This document shows, in pieces, positions 25,703 to 38,080 of a DNA stretch of 64,000 bases. A program made the translations under genes and the position numbers. The notes under the pieces were generated by a model. It worked only from the letters and a program-made list of their open reading frames with translations. It was not told where the DNA came from and ran no database searches. Position 1 is the first letter of the stretch, and each line of letters begins with the position of its first letter. Source of the stretch: Callorhinchus milii (lineage: Eukaryota); the NCBI RefSeq assembly GCF_018977255.1, contig NW_024704742.1, positions 105,340,001 through 105,404,000 of the forward strand. The letters are read 5' to 3'.

Positions 25703-26939
25703 TTATCGACCAAATCTTCCTTTAAAAATACTTTTAAAAAAGTGTAATGATGTAAATCACATGAGACTTTATGCCGTGCTACTCATAGAAGTTGTCATTG
25801 TAACAAAACAGACAACTCTGCCTTCTCTCATGCATCCCTGTTCCAACGAAAAAAAGATGAAGTTATAAAGCGAACAGCCCAAGGTCTTTTGCAACAGCTA
25901 ATTTGGAACAAAGTGTGGGCTTTGGCTTTGTGCTGCAATGTGGATGGATTCCATGTGCCTGCTCCCATTCAAGGAATTGGTGGAAACTAAAGTTTTCACC
26001 CCTCCAGTGAGAGAAAGATGGTTTTCATTCACCTAACAGCCTGTACCCCCAGGCTTCGCTATCTGCGGTGCAGGAATCTGGAGTGTTCCTGGACTCCCTG
26101 ACAGCTGATTCTGAGATGGATGAATTTCGCTGACTGAGAGAGGTAAGATAATGAGCTTCTCACAGGACGCACCTTGCATTAAGATACGGACAAACTGTAA
26201 TAGGTTTGTCAGATCCTTCACTGTTCTTCAAAAAAATCTTGTCTAAATCATGAAACTGTTGTCAGGGTTTCCCTTGTTGCCCAATTTTCCAGAGAGTAAC
26301 ACTTTGAGTTGATATGTCAGTAAAAACATCACTTTTTGTCTGAGATCTATGATTTGCATCCACTTTACTCCAAAATATGGTTCAGCACCATTTCTCAGTG
26401 TAGTATCAGACAGTACATTAATCCTGTAATAATGTAGACTGGAGTTTTTTGAAATAACATCAATACTTTTTCTAGTACTTTCTGAATCGCTGAAATTGGA
26501 TTATCTATTTGGGATTGGCGCCTAGTAATGAATGTTTTGGAATGAAATGCATCCTTTTTTTTATTCCTATTTTGAAACTTTTGAAACATTTCTTGATTAA
26601 TTTCTGTTACGATGCTTTAACACTGCTAAATGAACTGGAAATTCATAGCAGCTTAAAGACTGCCTTTCTGAGGCTCAAAGTAAATACAGTAAATTACTTA
26701 CAGCAAAGGAAATTTCCATCAAAGACCATCAGATATCCAAAATTTAAAGGAAGTGACATTGGTGGTTTCATGATAACTTGAAGTTGGCCAATTTTTAGCA
26801 CACGAGCCGGCCAGAAGCAAACCAGCTGACTGCATATGTGCACATTGAAGCCAGCTATCATCATCTCATCATGGTTTGGGTTGGGATTTGATAGACACAA
26901 ATCACCACATTGTAATGGGGCTCCACTGTATTGTATTTG

Positions 26940-27272
26940 TCCTCCCTTGAGCCACTGGGTCCCCTTCTCCTAGCAGATTGATTTCAAAGCTCTTACCCTC
27001 CCCTAGGAATCCATCCACATCTGAGCATCTCACTTCCTCTCTGATCTTCTCTCACCCCATTACTCGACTCAGCCCCTCAGGTCTCCCTCCCTTTAGCACT
27101 CCATCTCATGTCATCTCTGTCTGCCTTTCAGTACTCACATGAAATCTAGTTTGACTGTACACATGGTCACCTCCCACTTAGCCTCTTCCCTGCTCGGAAT
27201 CTGATCCCGTCTTTGTAAAGCGCTCTGAGACGTAATCTTCTGTTACTGGCCCTATATAAGTGCAGCTTGTTG
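26940..27272 (+). mobile_element. Old L2 3' fragment
   Basis: ccactgggtcccc...gattgatttcaaag; tail gtaaagcgctctgagacg...tatataagtgcagcttgttg. Confidence 0.7.
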
Positions 27273-28748
27273 CCAAGTTAAACAAAAATAACGATTAGAC
27301 CCAACGTACTGTGATTTAAAATATAAATAAATAAATATATATTCTCAACGTACTTATCTTATGATTATGATCTTAGCATGAAAGTCAATTGAAGCATGTA
27401 AACGCTTTGCGTACCTGTGCTGAGCATGTCATTCCAGACCAATTCCTTACCTCTGTGACCCCCTTGGCAATGAAGCATTTATTTAGACACCAAATGCATG
27501 TGATCTATTCAATGAATAAAATCAAGGTAACATTGTAAAACTGACTCTGCTTTGAGGCTGCTTCACGACCAGGATCATATTTTTTTAAGAAAAGCACTTT
27601 TTTTTATATCTATTAATCTCGTTGCCCTATTCCAGGTGAGTGCTTAAGCATGCGGAGTATGTACACAGCAAATGCACATATAATCTGTGTGCTTAAATTC
27701 TGTCCACAGCATGTGCAGTAATATTGAGCGGTCCGCAGGTACTCAGGCACCTTGTGATGCACTCATCTTTTCAATATTCACAATGCACTGTACTGTAACC
27801 ATCTTAATACAATTGTACTGTTTAATAATTGCTTCAAGTAACATGAGTGATCAAGAAATGCTTATGTTAGGCCAGTTAAGTTAATTTATAAAAGTAACTT
27901 ACAATAAATATACTTTGTGATTTGCAACCTCTTGTTCTATGAGCTACTTCTGGAAACATTTAGCAGCACTCTAGTTACTCTCTATCACAAGATGCCTTAC
28001 CACAATGAATGTGGTGTTATTGGCCTCCCTGAGTTATAGCAATTAACTAGCGCTGTTAACATTTGAATGTTAAACCACCTGAATCAGGGCAGAATGAATA
28101 CCTCAGTGATCTCACTTAAAACGCACATGCCTACTGCAACCCAGGGTGCAGCCCTATCACACTGCTGCCTATTAGCTTCACAGTTTGAATCTCTGGATTA
28201 ATAATGCCTTCCATGATTACGTTTTTTCCTCTCAGACAATGTCCAGAGTCATTCCAATATGATTTAAACAATTGAGTTTCTTTTCCACTAAATAAATCTT
28301 CAAGATTAATACATGGAGAATTGCTCTAGCAATTTTAAAACAACATAAGCTAAATTCCTATTTGTCCAGAATATGCCAGTGAGCTGTGTATCAGACACCT
28401 CATAGCTGTCTGAATTCTGCACTGTTGTAAATGAAATAATAGGTTTTTTTTAAGTTTCCCTTTATTACTGTTAAGAAAATTCATTAAATGTAACCAGATG
28501 GAGTTAATAGAAGGTGGATGACAGTGTTGTTGGGAAGAGTTACAGTTTTCTGGGTTTCAGTTTGGTAACACATGAGTGACTTCCATTCCCCCAGAGAACG
28601 TGGAGCCTGTGTTTTGTTATTTTGCTCCCCTTGCAGAGTGCATGCCTGAGGGTTTCACAGTAGTCTCACACCTATTATTCTGTGTCCTGTTCTACAGTGA
28701 ACTCCCCAGTTAGGAGTTAAAGTGCATAAAATGCTAACCAGCACTAAA

Positions 28749-30146
28749 ACGTAGTCCTGTAGCGTAATGGTTAGCACGCTTGCCTCGCCAGAGAGAGGAC
28801 CCAGTTTTGATTCCTGGGCAAGGCGAAACCTTAGGCAAGTTTCCTTACTCCACACATCTTTGTTTATCTAGCATAAAAACATAAGAATTAGGAGCAGGAG
28901 TAGGCCATTTCGCCCCTCGAGCCTGCCCCGCCATTCGATAAGATCATGGCTGATCTTCAGACCTAACTCTAATTTCCTACCCTATCCCCATACCTCCTAA
29001 TCCCTCTGTTTTTTTTAAAAATCTATCAGTCTCAGCCTTGAAGATGTTCAAGGACTGAGCATCTACAGTCTTCTGGGGTAGTGAATTCCATAAATTCACT
29101 ACCCTCTGAGTGAAGAAATGTTTCCTAAACTCTGTTCTAAAAGGCTGACCCTTAATTTTATGACTATGACCCCTGGTTATAGATTCTCCTACCAGGGGAA
29201 ACAGACCCTCAGTGTCTACTTTATCCAGCCCTTTAAGAATCTTATATGTTTCAATAAGATCCCCCCTAATTCTTCTGTACTCTAGAGAATATAGCCCTAG
29301 TTTATTCAACCTATCCTCATAGGTCAGTCCCCTCATCCCAGGAACTAACCGAGTGAATCTACGCTGCACCCCTTCTAGGGCAAGTATGTCCTTTTTTAAA
29401 TAAGGAGACCAAAACTGCACACAATACTCCAGGTGCGGTCTCACCAAGGCCCTATACAGTTGCAGCAAGACTTCCCTACTCTTGTACTCTAAACCTTTTG
29501 CAATGAACGCTAACATGCCGTTCGCCTTCTTAGTTGCTTGCTGCACCTGCGAACTAACTTTTTGAGACTGATGTACAACGACACCCAAATCCCTCTGCAC
29601 ACTAACACTATCTAATCTCTCCCCCTCTGGAAAATAATCTGTTTTTCTATTTTTTCTACCAAGGTGAATAACTTCACACTTCCCCACATTAAATTCCATC
29701 TGCCACCTACTCGCCCACTCCCCTAGCCTATCCATATCCTGTTGCAATCTTTTTGCATCATCCTCAGAGCTTAATCTCCCACCTAGTTTAGTGTCATCCG
29801 CGAATTTAGATACGTTACATTCAATGTCCTCGTCTAGTCATTGATGTAAATTGTAAATAGCTGAGGCCCAAGCACTGATTCTTGTGGCACTCCATTAATA
29901 AGCAGTAAGTAGGAAACCGGTTATTAGTCGATTGGCAGATCGTTTTCTGGGGGTAATAACCCATCAAAAAAAGTATGGCCACTCAATCCACGACTGTTTG
30001 TGCGACACTGCTGTGCACAAATGGCTGATGTGTTTCGCCCACACAATACACAGTCAATCCATTTAAGAATATATTCTGTGAAAGGCATTGAGATGTCTCA
30101 ACAATGTGATAAGGCTCTACAATCAAATGCAAGCATTATTATTATA
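28749..30146 (+). mobile_element. SINE family A split by a CR1 insertion (halves 28749-28873 and 29901-30146)
   Basis: The halves join at ctagca|gtaagtagg exactly as in the intact copy at 107-120; agca is duplicated. Confidence 0.88.
28874..29900 (-). mobile_element. Young 5'-truncated CR1 LINE (RT C-terminal half to 3' tail)
   Basis: GVPQESVLGPQLFTIYIND / 1-nt frameshift / SKFADDTKLGG, then an open 256-aa frame WQMEFNVGKC...LVRPHLEYCVQFWSP...FFTQRVVNLWNSLP; tail ttcttatgtttttatg. Confidence 0.96.
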
Positions 30147-30944
30147 TAATATAGAAAATGTAAAAGTCTTGTTACCATCTTCCAATGCATTCACTTGCAT
30201 ACAAAATCCCTCCTTTACAGGTTTGGTATTTCCTAAGCATTCTACCCTTGTCACAGGGAATTTGGAAGAGGGCAGAATTTAAACAATTGAGTTTCTTTCA
30301 AAGACTAAATTAATCTCCAAGATTAATACCTGGAGAATATTGCTCTCTCAATTTTAAAACAACATAACCTAAATTCTGATTTGCTCCAGAGTATGCCAGT
30401 TAGATGTGTATCAGAGAGGAAGACGGGAATGAGTCTCCTGGGCTAAGATCAGAAAATCCCATTGAAGCGTCCGAACTATCAGGGAATAGGCTCCACGCCA
30501 TGTTCGGGGGCGTTAGCATGGCACTTGATATGTCAATGAATTTCTTTTAAAAATAATTGGAAGCGTATTTAGTCAGTAACAGTGGTTGATGTTCTTGGAA
30601 TAGGTGCAAACTGAGATATTCAGCAGGAGAATCCTGACAATTTGGAATGAAACCACTGGATACATGGTTGTGCCAGAATATTCAAACAATTGTTAAGATT
30701 GAAGCTGGTGTCTTTCTGAAGCTGTAACTGTCTGCTAGATATATTCCTGAATCCACCTCCCTGTCTGGAGATCGTATCAGTTTTGTATCAGGCACAAATT
30801 TGGTTTCATTTTTTTGTGGTCGAATAATACTCTTTCGTCATGCTGTGAAAAAAGAACTTATCCAAGTGTTTGATAAATGAACTGGTGACACCAAGCAATG
30901 AAAATTCAAGATCATAGCATGTTGTTGACCAAAGCAAGACCCAA

Positions 30945-31152
30945 GCCATGCGGTTTTAGGATGTTTTTGAAGGGAATGAGAGAGGTAACAAAGTGGTTTT
31001 GGAAGGTTTTTCCCCAAAGACAGGGCATGGCGACTGAAAGCTCAGCTTTTTGAGTGGGTTAGGAGCAAGCACCAGATTTAGAAGAGTGAAGGTTAGGGTT
31101 GGAGAAGACTGAGCAAGTGGGGTGAGGAGAGGAGACCTGGGAGTAATTTGAA
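30945..31152 (-). mobile_element. Highly degraded L2 fragment
   Basis: ttttaggatgtttttgaaggg...ggcgactgaaagctc...atttgaaa resembles the reverse of the L2 3' ORF. Confidence 0.4.
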
Positions 31153-32254
31153 ATGTAATATTGCGGTGGCTTTTTCACTCTCCCTTGGATGTTCATTTTG
31201 TCACTGAAGTAAATGTGATTTCATTTTATGTAGCCCATATTTGGCATACAGACATACAAAGCAAGATGGTATGCCCAAGCTGCCTGACTAAATAACAACC
31301 TAAAGCACGTTTCTGACCTTCTCTGTATGGATTTTGAAAGTAAGTGAGTTGGGAAATCTGATGCAGTTGCCTAGGTATTCATTCTCCTGCAGTGTGATCT
31401 TTTGGTTAAAAAGGCCAGGCTGCTGCTGTTTGAAGTACTCAGATTGGCAGAATGAAGGCTTGTAACTTGTTCCAGCTGTTAATTGCCCTTTGCATAAGGA
31501 AATAGCTCCTGGGGTCTGTCCTAAAATTGCCCACCACAACCTGTGAACCTGTGTTCTCTCGTTCGGCTGCCTTGGAGGTACTCACATGGCATTAATCGTA
31601 AAAAACATGCTGCCGTGTGGAGGTGCTGAGCAGAAGCCACGTGTTTCACCGAAAGCAGGATTGGAAAAACAGAGGGAGATGCCCCCTGCCAGCAGCCGCA
31701 CTGCACAGGGCCATGAGCTTGCCTAAGACTAATGTACGGCATAGAAAGGGCCATGGAAAATTAAAATTGATGAGATGGGATGGTGTCTCCCTTTTATAAT
31801 CATGTGGGTTATTTACACTGAATGAAACCTTGATTTGAGTGTGCCGTGCGTGTCCAAATGTTCTAATTTAGCTGCGGTATGAAACAAAGCTGTCAAAAAT
31901 TACAGGTATTCCTCTGAAACCAGGTAATTCGGTCTGTGCTGCTAATCTGTTCGTTTCATGCGTAAGGAGTGAGGAATCTGCACACTGATCTTATTTGAAT
32001 AGGGGAATATGTTGGAATTATAGAGATCAGTTTCACTGCAGATTTATTTGAGTTGGAACTTTTTCCTTCACCACATTCTTCCTTCAATTACATTCTTATA
32101 TGTGCCTGTAAGATTTATGTACTGTCATTACATAATTAACATAACTCTGGTCTTCTTGTTTTTAATGCAGTTTTGTTGAATATTTAAAAATAATGGAATC
32201 AAAGAATTCCCAGTGGCTTCCCCGCAGGCGGAGGTGAGGGGACGGGGTCAAATG

Positions 32255-32540
32255 CACATGGGGTGCAATATTAAGATGTGCAGATCAAGAAGGTCCTTGG
32301 TTTGTGTTGCATTAAACTGAGTTTGTCCAGGGCAATGGTAGAGGTGCTGCAGTTGGCTCAGTTTTTCTGAGAGAAGAAAGAAAATTGCTGACACATCCTG
32401 GCCTCCTTCACAATCCAGTGAACGCAGCTAAAAAGAACACCTGTAAGGACTGGGTACAGCTCAGCTGTGTTACTCTCCTCTGTGATCAACCTCCCCGACA
32501 AGGCACGCGGTCAAGGTTCTTATATGAAGAATAAGCCCTC
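32255..32540 (+). mobile_element. AmnSINE2-like ancient SINE
   Basis: cagatcaagaaggtccttggtt...gtagaggtgctgcagttggctcag...caatccagtga...atatgaagaat. Confidence 0.5.
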
Positions 32541-32969
32541 CAGGAAAGCTCAGATAATACGGTTTCCAGAGAATAAGTATAATAAAGAACAAGTATAGAG
32601 AGTAAGCAAAGAGCACCCTTTGTCAAAAAAAATCAAAAAATCTGCTCTGCTTTGTAACTGAGAAACAGTTCATTTCAGAATCCTTGGCGGAACGATGATT
32701 TCACAGGCAGGTCTGGGCAAAGAAAGGCCCTTCGGCCGGTCACCAAAATATTACTCAATTTAAACTCAGTGTTGTTTATTTGTCAAGGTATGCAGTTATT
32801 AAGAGTACATGTCTGGTCTCAATGGGATTCCAAAACAAAAGGTTGATGTATAACTGTCACAACTTGTAAGTGCCTGATATACTTCTGTTGATAATGTTAC
32901 TATGGATAGACAATGTTAATATTAAAAACACCAACTGACCAACGCTCCCTGGAGCCATACCCCAGTTTA

Positions 32970-33095
32970 CAGAACCTTAGTTTCAACATCTCATCTGAAA
33001 GAAGGTTCCTCCAACAATGCAGTGTCAGCCTGGGCAATGAATTCAAAGTCGCAACATGGGGCTTGAACCCACCTCTGGCTTGGAGGTGAGAGTAT
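32970..33095 (-). mobile_element. DeuSINE 5' fragment
   Basis: tttcaacatctcatctgaaag...gtgtcagcctgg...ggggcttgaacccac. Confidence 0.6.
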
Positions 33096-34417
33096 TTCCA
33101 GCATGGACGCCTAAATATGACATCCTTATAAAGTGAACTGATAAGTGGAGTTGATGGTTTTAAAGTTTTGAAATATGTATCCATCTCTCTTCATTACTTT
33201 TGGTTTTGAACCTGCCAAATGGGCTGCAATAATCTTTTCTGGTCATTTACATTTCTATGTAAAGTGCCACATTGAGATTGCTCCATCATCTGGATCTGCT
33301 GCTGCAATCTGGAAGCATCAGAGATTAATAATGCTGAAATGTATTTTTTATATATAATTATGTTACTGATCTGGTAAATAGATTTGCATGTCACAAGATC
33401 TTTAACGTTCTTCTGCAATGATTTCCAGATGACATGTTTATTGAGAAATTCTATTTATTTGTTAGGTGCATTAGAGAAAGTCTTTAATTACATTTAGTTC
33501 CAAGATCATATTTAATTGCAACACACAGCACGACGCACAAAAAAACAAATGCCTCGCTCTGAGGAAATCGAAGACAGTAATTTGACTACAGAACCCAGTG
33601 CACTGAATAAAGGAAATATATTAACCAGACCTATCATAGATCTTTTTTAATGGATGGAAAAAATATCAATGCCATTAGTTCCACGCCAGTTTCCTTTCCC
33701 ATTCTCAAAGCTTTAGTGCATAACTTATAAATCTCCTTTCATCAGCTGTGTGACTTGCTCAAAGCAAGTCCAACATCAAGCGGTGCCCAAAGAGGGAATG
33801 TCAGTGAAGGTTGAATAGGCAATCAAATTATTGCGAATTCCTGGGTGAAAGCTAATGGACTTAGATAATGTGATCAGTTGTCATTCTCTGTGCCCTTGTG
33901 CCATTGGACATACTTAGTATGCCTAAAGGAAATTAAATTGCATGTTTTTTTACATTTCATTACAAAATATTGAAAATATATTAACTTAAAGGAGATTCTT
34001 TCAATTGCAATCGGATGAGCCTGAAAATCCCAGTGGATTGTCTTTTTCCACTTTCCATAGCTATGAAAGACATATACAATGTATAACTCGATTGTATCCT
34101 ATTTTTGCAAGATTTAAAACTGATATTTAGTTAATCTTTATTGGAGTAGCCAGAAGTTTTAGTTTCCAACTCAAGTGCTCTCTGTTGCACAGGTAGAAAA
34201 CTCTTTTTCAGTGTGAGCAATGTGTTCGCTGATTTAAACCTGTGTAGAAAATATACTTGTCCTTTGTTGGATTAAATGCTTTTATGTGGATTAATGCCTG
34301 CTGTCTTATCTAAACAACTCTTTGTGTAGTCACACTATTTCAAAGCATCCTTGCAGTGCATACCCTATAACGGCAATGCTAACTTCCAAATGTAAATCAA
34401 CTCTGCTCATAGATTTA

Positions 34418-34845
34418 GGTTCAGTTTGTTGCATTCCCACCTCTGAGTCAGAAGCTTATGGGTTTAAGCCCCTACTTTGAACTCACATTCTCGGCTGACA
34501 CTCGAATACAGGGCTGCAGATGTGCTGCGTTGTCGAAGGTGCCCTCCTTCGTATCAGATATTAAACTGAAGTCCGTCCCATCTGCTTGTTCAAGTGGATG
34601 TTAAAGATCCCATGGCACTTCGAAAAGAGGAGAGAGTTTCTCCCGGAGCCTGGCTAACAATCCCCCAGATAAATAATTTGATCATTCTCATGGCTGCTTT
34701 TGGGACATGCTGTGCGCAAAATTGGCTGTCACATCCGCCTACAAAATAAAGAGTCACTACACTACAGTAAGTACTGTGAAGTGTTTTGAGACATCCTCCA
34801 GATGTGAAAGGTGCCATGTCAAATGTAAGGATGTTTATTATTATT
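34418..34845 (+). mobile_element. Full-length DeuSINE (SacSINE1-like): tRNA head, Deu core, L2-like tail
   Basis: ctctgagtcagaag...gggtttaagccc; gtggatgttaaagatcccatggcacttcg; tail gtgaagtgttttgagacatcctccagatgtgaaaggtgcc. Confidence 0.8.
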
Positions 34846-35539
34846 TAGTTTTTTGAAGCCTTTCAAGTGTTGGAAAAGCTGAATCCCAGCAATGTGAGGC
34901 AACATTTACAAGCCGAAGGGAGGTTTTATAATCTGTCATTGAAACACACAACAAGTATTTTGTTGTTTCCTTTCCTAATATATCTACTACAAAAGCATGT
35001 TTTGCATTACTTTTAAAAGAGTTCTCAAAAACATCTTTTGCTTTTACATGCTACTACATGTGTTTGCTCTCAATATGCAACATGTTTTTGCCCACAAGTC
35101 CAAAAGTACCTTTGGGATGACAAATGTAACATTAATGAGACATTAAGATTTATAAGTAGTGCTTTAATGCACTGCTGATAAATTTTAGCAATGTGTTCAC
35201 TGACTTCAGCTTAAAAAAACATATGTTTACATTGAAAACAAATCCCATGTTTTCTTTTTCGAAGGCTCATATTTTATAACTGCGTTTGTTACTTTGGAAA
35301 TTCGTTAATTATGATTTTAAATCCTCCTGGGTTTGAAAATGCGCATTCATCCAAGAAATGATTTTGTGCACTTGCAAAACATAGACCTGAAGTTTACAGT
35401 AGAGAAAGAGATCATTTGGCCCATTATGGCTCTGTTGGCTCCGTTTTGTTCCTTTTTCCTGTCCTTTCTCCATATCCTTTTTTATTCTCCTTTTCAGCTG
35501 GTCTCCCTGGATCCACCATCCATAAACTTCATCTTATTC

Positions 35540-35980
35540 AACCATCCTCTGCCTGTATCCTCACCCACACCCTATCTGTCCATCACCCCAGTCCTTGCCA
35601 GGCTCCACTGGCTCCCTGTCTTTCAGCGGATCGATTTCAAGGTCTTCATCCTCACATATGAATCCCTTTGTGCTCTACCACCTCTCTATTGTACCGATCT
35701 CCTTCTGCTCCACTCCTTTTCTTGTCCACTCCGCTCACCCGGCTTGCACAAGGTCTCCCGCCCTGCCCACACACCATCAGTGTCCAAGCTTTCCAACTCC
35801 ATGCATCTAATCCCTGGAACTCTTTACCTCTTCGTCTCTCTGTTGAACTTGCAGTCCTATTGTAAAACCTACCTTTTCAACTGTGTCTATGATCACATCC
35901 CTTTCCCGTTGACTCTCCTCCCCATTCCGTAAACCGCTCTGACACATTCTATGTGAAGAGCGCGAGATAATGCAAGTTAT
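35540..35980 (+). mobile_element. Old L2 3' fragment
   Basis: ITPVLARLHWLPVFQRIDFKVFILTY; degenerate tail. Confidence 0.8.
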
Positions 35981-36044
35981 ATTTATCTAATTCTGCTTTT
36001 GAAAGCTAATATCTGAGCACAGAAACAGCTTGTCAGAGTGACAA

Positions 36045-37289
36045 ATGACATTGTGTCCATCTGGAACCAGAGCTCCCTCTGCCTCCTTGTCCTACTTGAC
36101 CTCCGATGCCTTCGCTAACGTTGACCACTCTATCCTCCTCCACCGCCTCTCCTCTCACCTCAACCTTCGTGGTTCTGTCCTTGACTGGTTCAGATCGTAC
36201 CTCTCACACCGTCTCCACTTTGTCTCCACAAACGGCTTCTCCTCTAGCCCCCACATCGTCTCGTATGGCGTTCTCAGGGCTCTGTCCTTGGTCCCCTCCT
36301 CTTCAATATCTATATGCTCCCTCTTGGTGACATCATCCGTAGACACGGGGTCACCTTCCACATGTATGCGGATGACACCCAACTCTATCTCTCTGCCTCC
36401 ACCCTTGACTCCAGGACCACTGCTGTCCTGACAGAATGTCTGTCAGACATTAAGTCCTGGATGAGAGCTAACTTTCTGCATTTGAACGTCAACAAGACCG
36501 AGACTCTCCTGATTGGTTCCCGTCGGCGCCTCCTCACCTCAGGCACTGACAGCATCACCATCCATGGTTGCACACTCCACCTCACTAAGCCAGTCCAGAA
36601 CCTTGGGGTCTTGTTTGATCTTCAACTATCCTTTCTACCCCACATCTGTGCCATGACCTGCTCTGCCTTCCCTCACCTCCGCAACATCGCCCGGCTCCAC
36701 CATTGTCTCACCCCGCAGGCCGCCAAAACCCTCATACATACATTTATAATATCCATCAAACTATCCCTGATTGTTGGCCTCCACAACTCCTCCTTCCATA
36801 GGCTTCAGATCATCCAGAACTCTGCAGCCTGTATCTTCTTCCGCACCAGGCTCCATGACCCTATCACTCACCCGACTCCACTGGCTTCCCATCACACAAT
36901 CACACAGAGGATACAGTTCAAGAACCTGGTCCTCACCTTCAAAGTTCTCCATGGCCTTGCTCCCCCTACCTCTGCGACCTCCTAACTAGTACTAAACTGT
37001 CCGCTCACTCTGGCCTGCTTCACGTCCCCCGCCTCACCATTGGCAGGCCTTCTGCCACTCTGCCCCCACTCTCTGGAACTCCATTCCACAATCCCTCTGC
37101 CTCACCCCCTCCTTTGCCTCCTTCAAGACCCTCCTCTTCAATTGTGCCTATGATCACGCTCCATTCCCCCCCTGCCCTCCACCCTCCCCGATCCTGACCC
37201 CCAGCTCGGGTGTGAAACACTGATTATCTCGTGCCTTAGGATGCCCTCCCAACATGAATGGCGCATTACAAATGTAATTTTGTTGTTGT
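36045..37289 (+). mobile_element. L2 LINE, 5'-truncated ~1.25 kb, including the RT YADD motif, frameshifted
   Basis: AFANVDHSILLHRL...[34 protein letters not shown]; tail aaatgtaattttgttgttg. Confidence 0.95.
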
Positions 37290-37427
37290 AAAATCGATTC
37301 TGCCTCAATCACTAATTAAGATTATGAATTGCATATTGTAACATCCCTCTCGTGTAAACAAGAACTTAACTCACCCTTTGCTCTTTTGATAATTGCAGCA
37401 GACTCTTGTTCTAACACATCCTGTTTA

Positions 37428-37512
37428 ATAAGAACATAAGAAATGCTAGACAAAGAAAGACCAAGGTCCATCTAGTTCGCTGTCCACCTTTCTGGCAGTT
37501 GCATGCACATAT
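37428..37512 (-). mobile_element. CR1 3' tail fragment (same subfamily as 18282-18800)
   Basis: aagaacataagaaatgctagacaaagaaagaccaaggtccatctagttcgc is the reverse complement of about 18738-18798. Confidence 0.85.
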
Positions 37513-37819
37513 GTCCCAAACTACCTGTGTACTATATCAAAGTTTAACACAGTTTCTGTCCTGTTGACCTGCACAAACTCCTCCATTTCAGTAGCACAAG
37601 GGAAAGCTTTCAGCAGAGAACAGTTAAAGCAAAGTGGGATTAAAGTATTTTAGTCCTTACTGCTATCAGAGAACAATTAGAAGGTTAAAGTCTGCTTAAG
37701 CTCTAATGGAAAAAGACAGCAGAAATGTTTTTNATTTTGAAAAATGGAAGTTGGATGAGATACAGGCGGGTGTTCCAACAGTAACCAAACGGGATTTCGA
37801 GACCAGGTTCCAGGCAATT

Positions 37820-38080
37820 TTATTTGGCAGGAAAAGGTCCATAATGAGGAACAAAAAGAGGCATTTTGAACGATTGAAAGAATTAGAGAGTCAAAGACGG
37901 GAAAGAAGGGAATTGAAGGTAGCTAAAGAGAAAATTAGAAGTGGGAAAACAAAATTGGAAAAGAAAATTGGTAATGGCGAAGGAGAATACCAAGTAGGTT
38001 TGGAAATGGGATTATTTGCAACAAAGAAACAGGCAAAGAGCAGCCTGATCCTCTGAGAAATGAAAAGCAAAATCTCAGAG
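37820..38080 (+). mobile_element. Possible degraded CR1 ORF2 linker region
   Basis: Purine/lysine-rich KEKIRSGKTKLEKKIG...DPLRNEK resembles the CR1 region between EN and RT; weak. Confidence 0.3.

Noticed and set aside
28977..29747. 256-aa ORF as a host or domesticated gene
   Set aside because: It is a 5'-truncated CR1 ORF2 fragment with an upstream frameshift and an intact retroposon tail, nested in a SINE.
31300..31760. Slightly GC-richer stretch, possibly a DNA-transposon remnant
   Set aside because: I could not define TIRs, TSDs or a second copy in the window.
37706..38056. 116-aa basic ORF as a novel protein
   Set aside because: Purine-rich low complexity, contains an N at 37733, has no splice context, and is more likely a decayed LINE segment.
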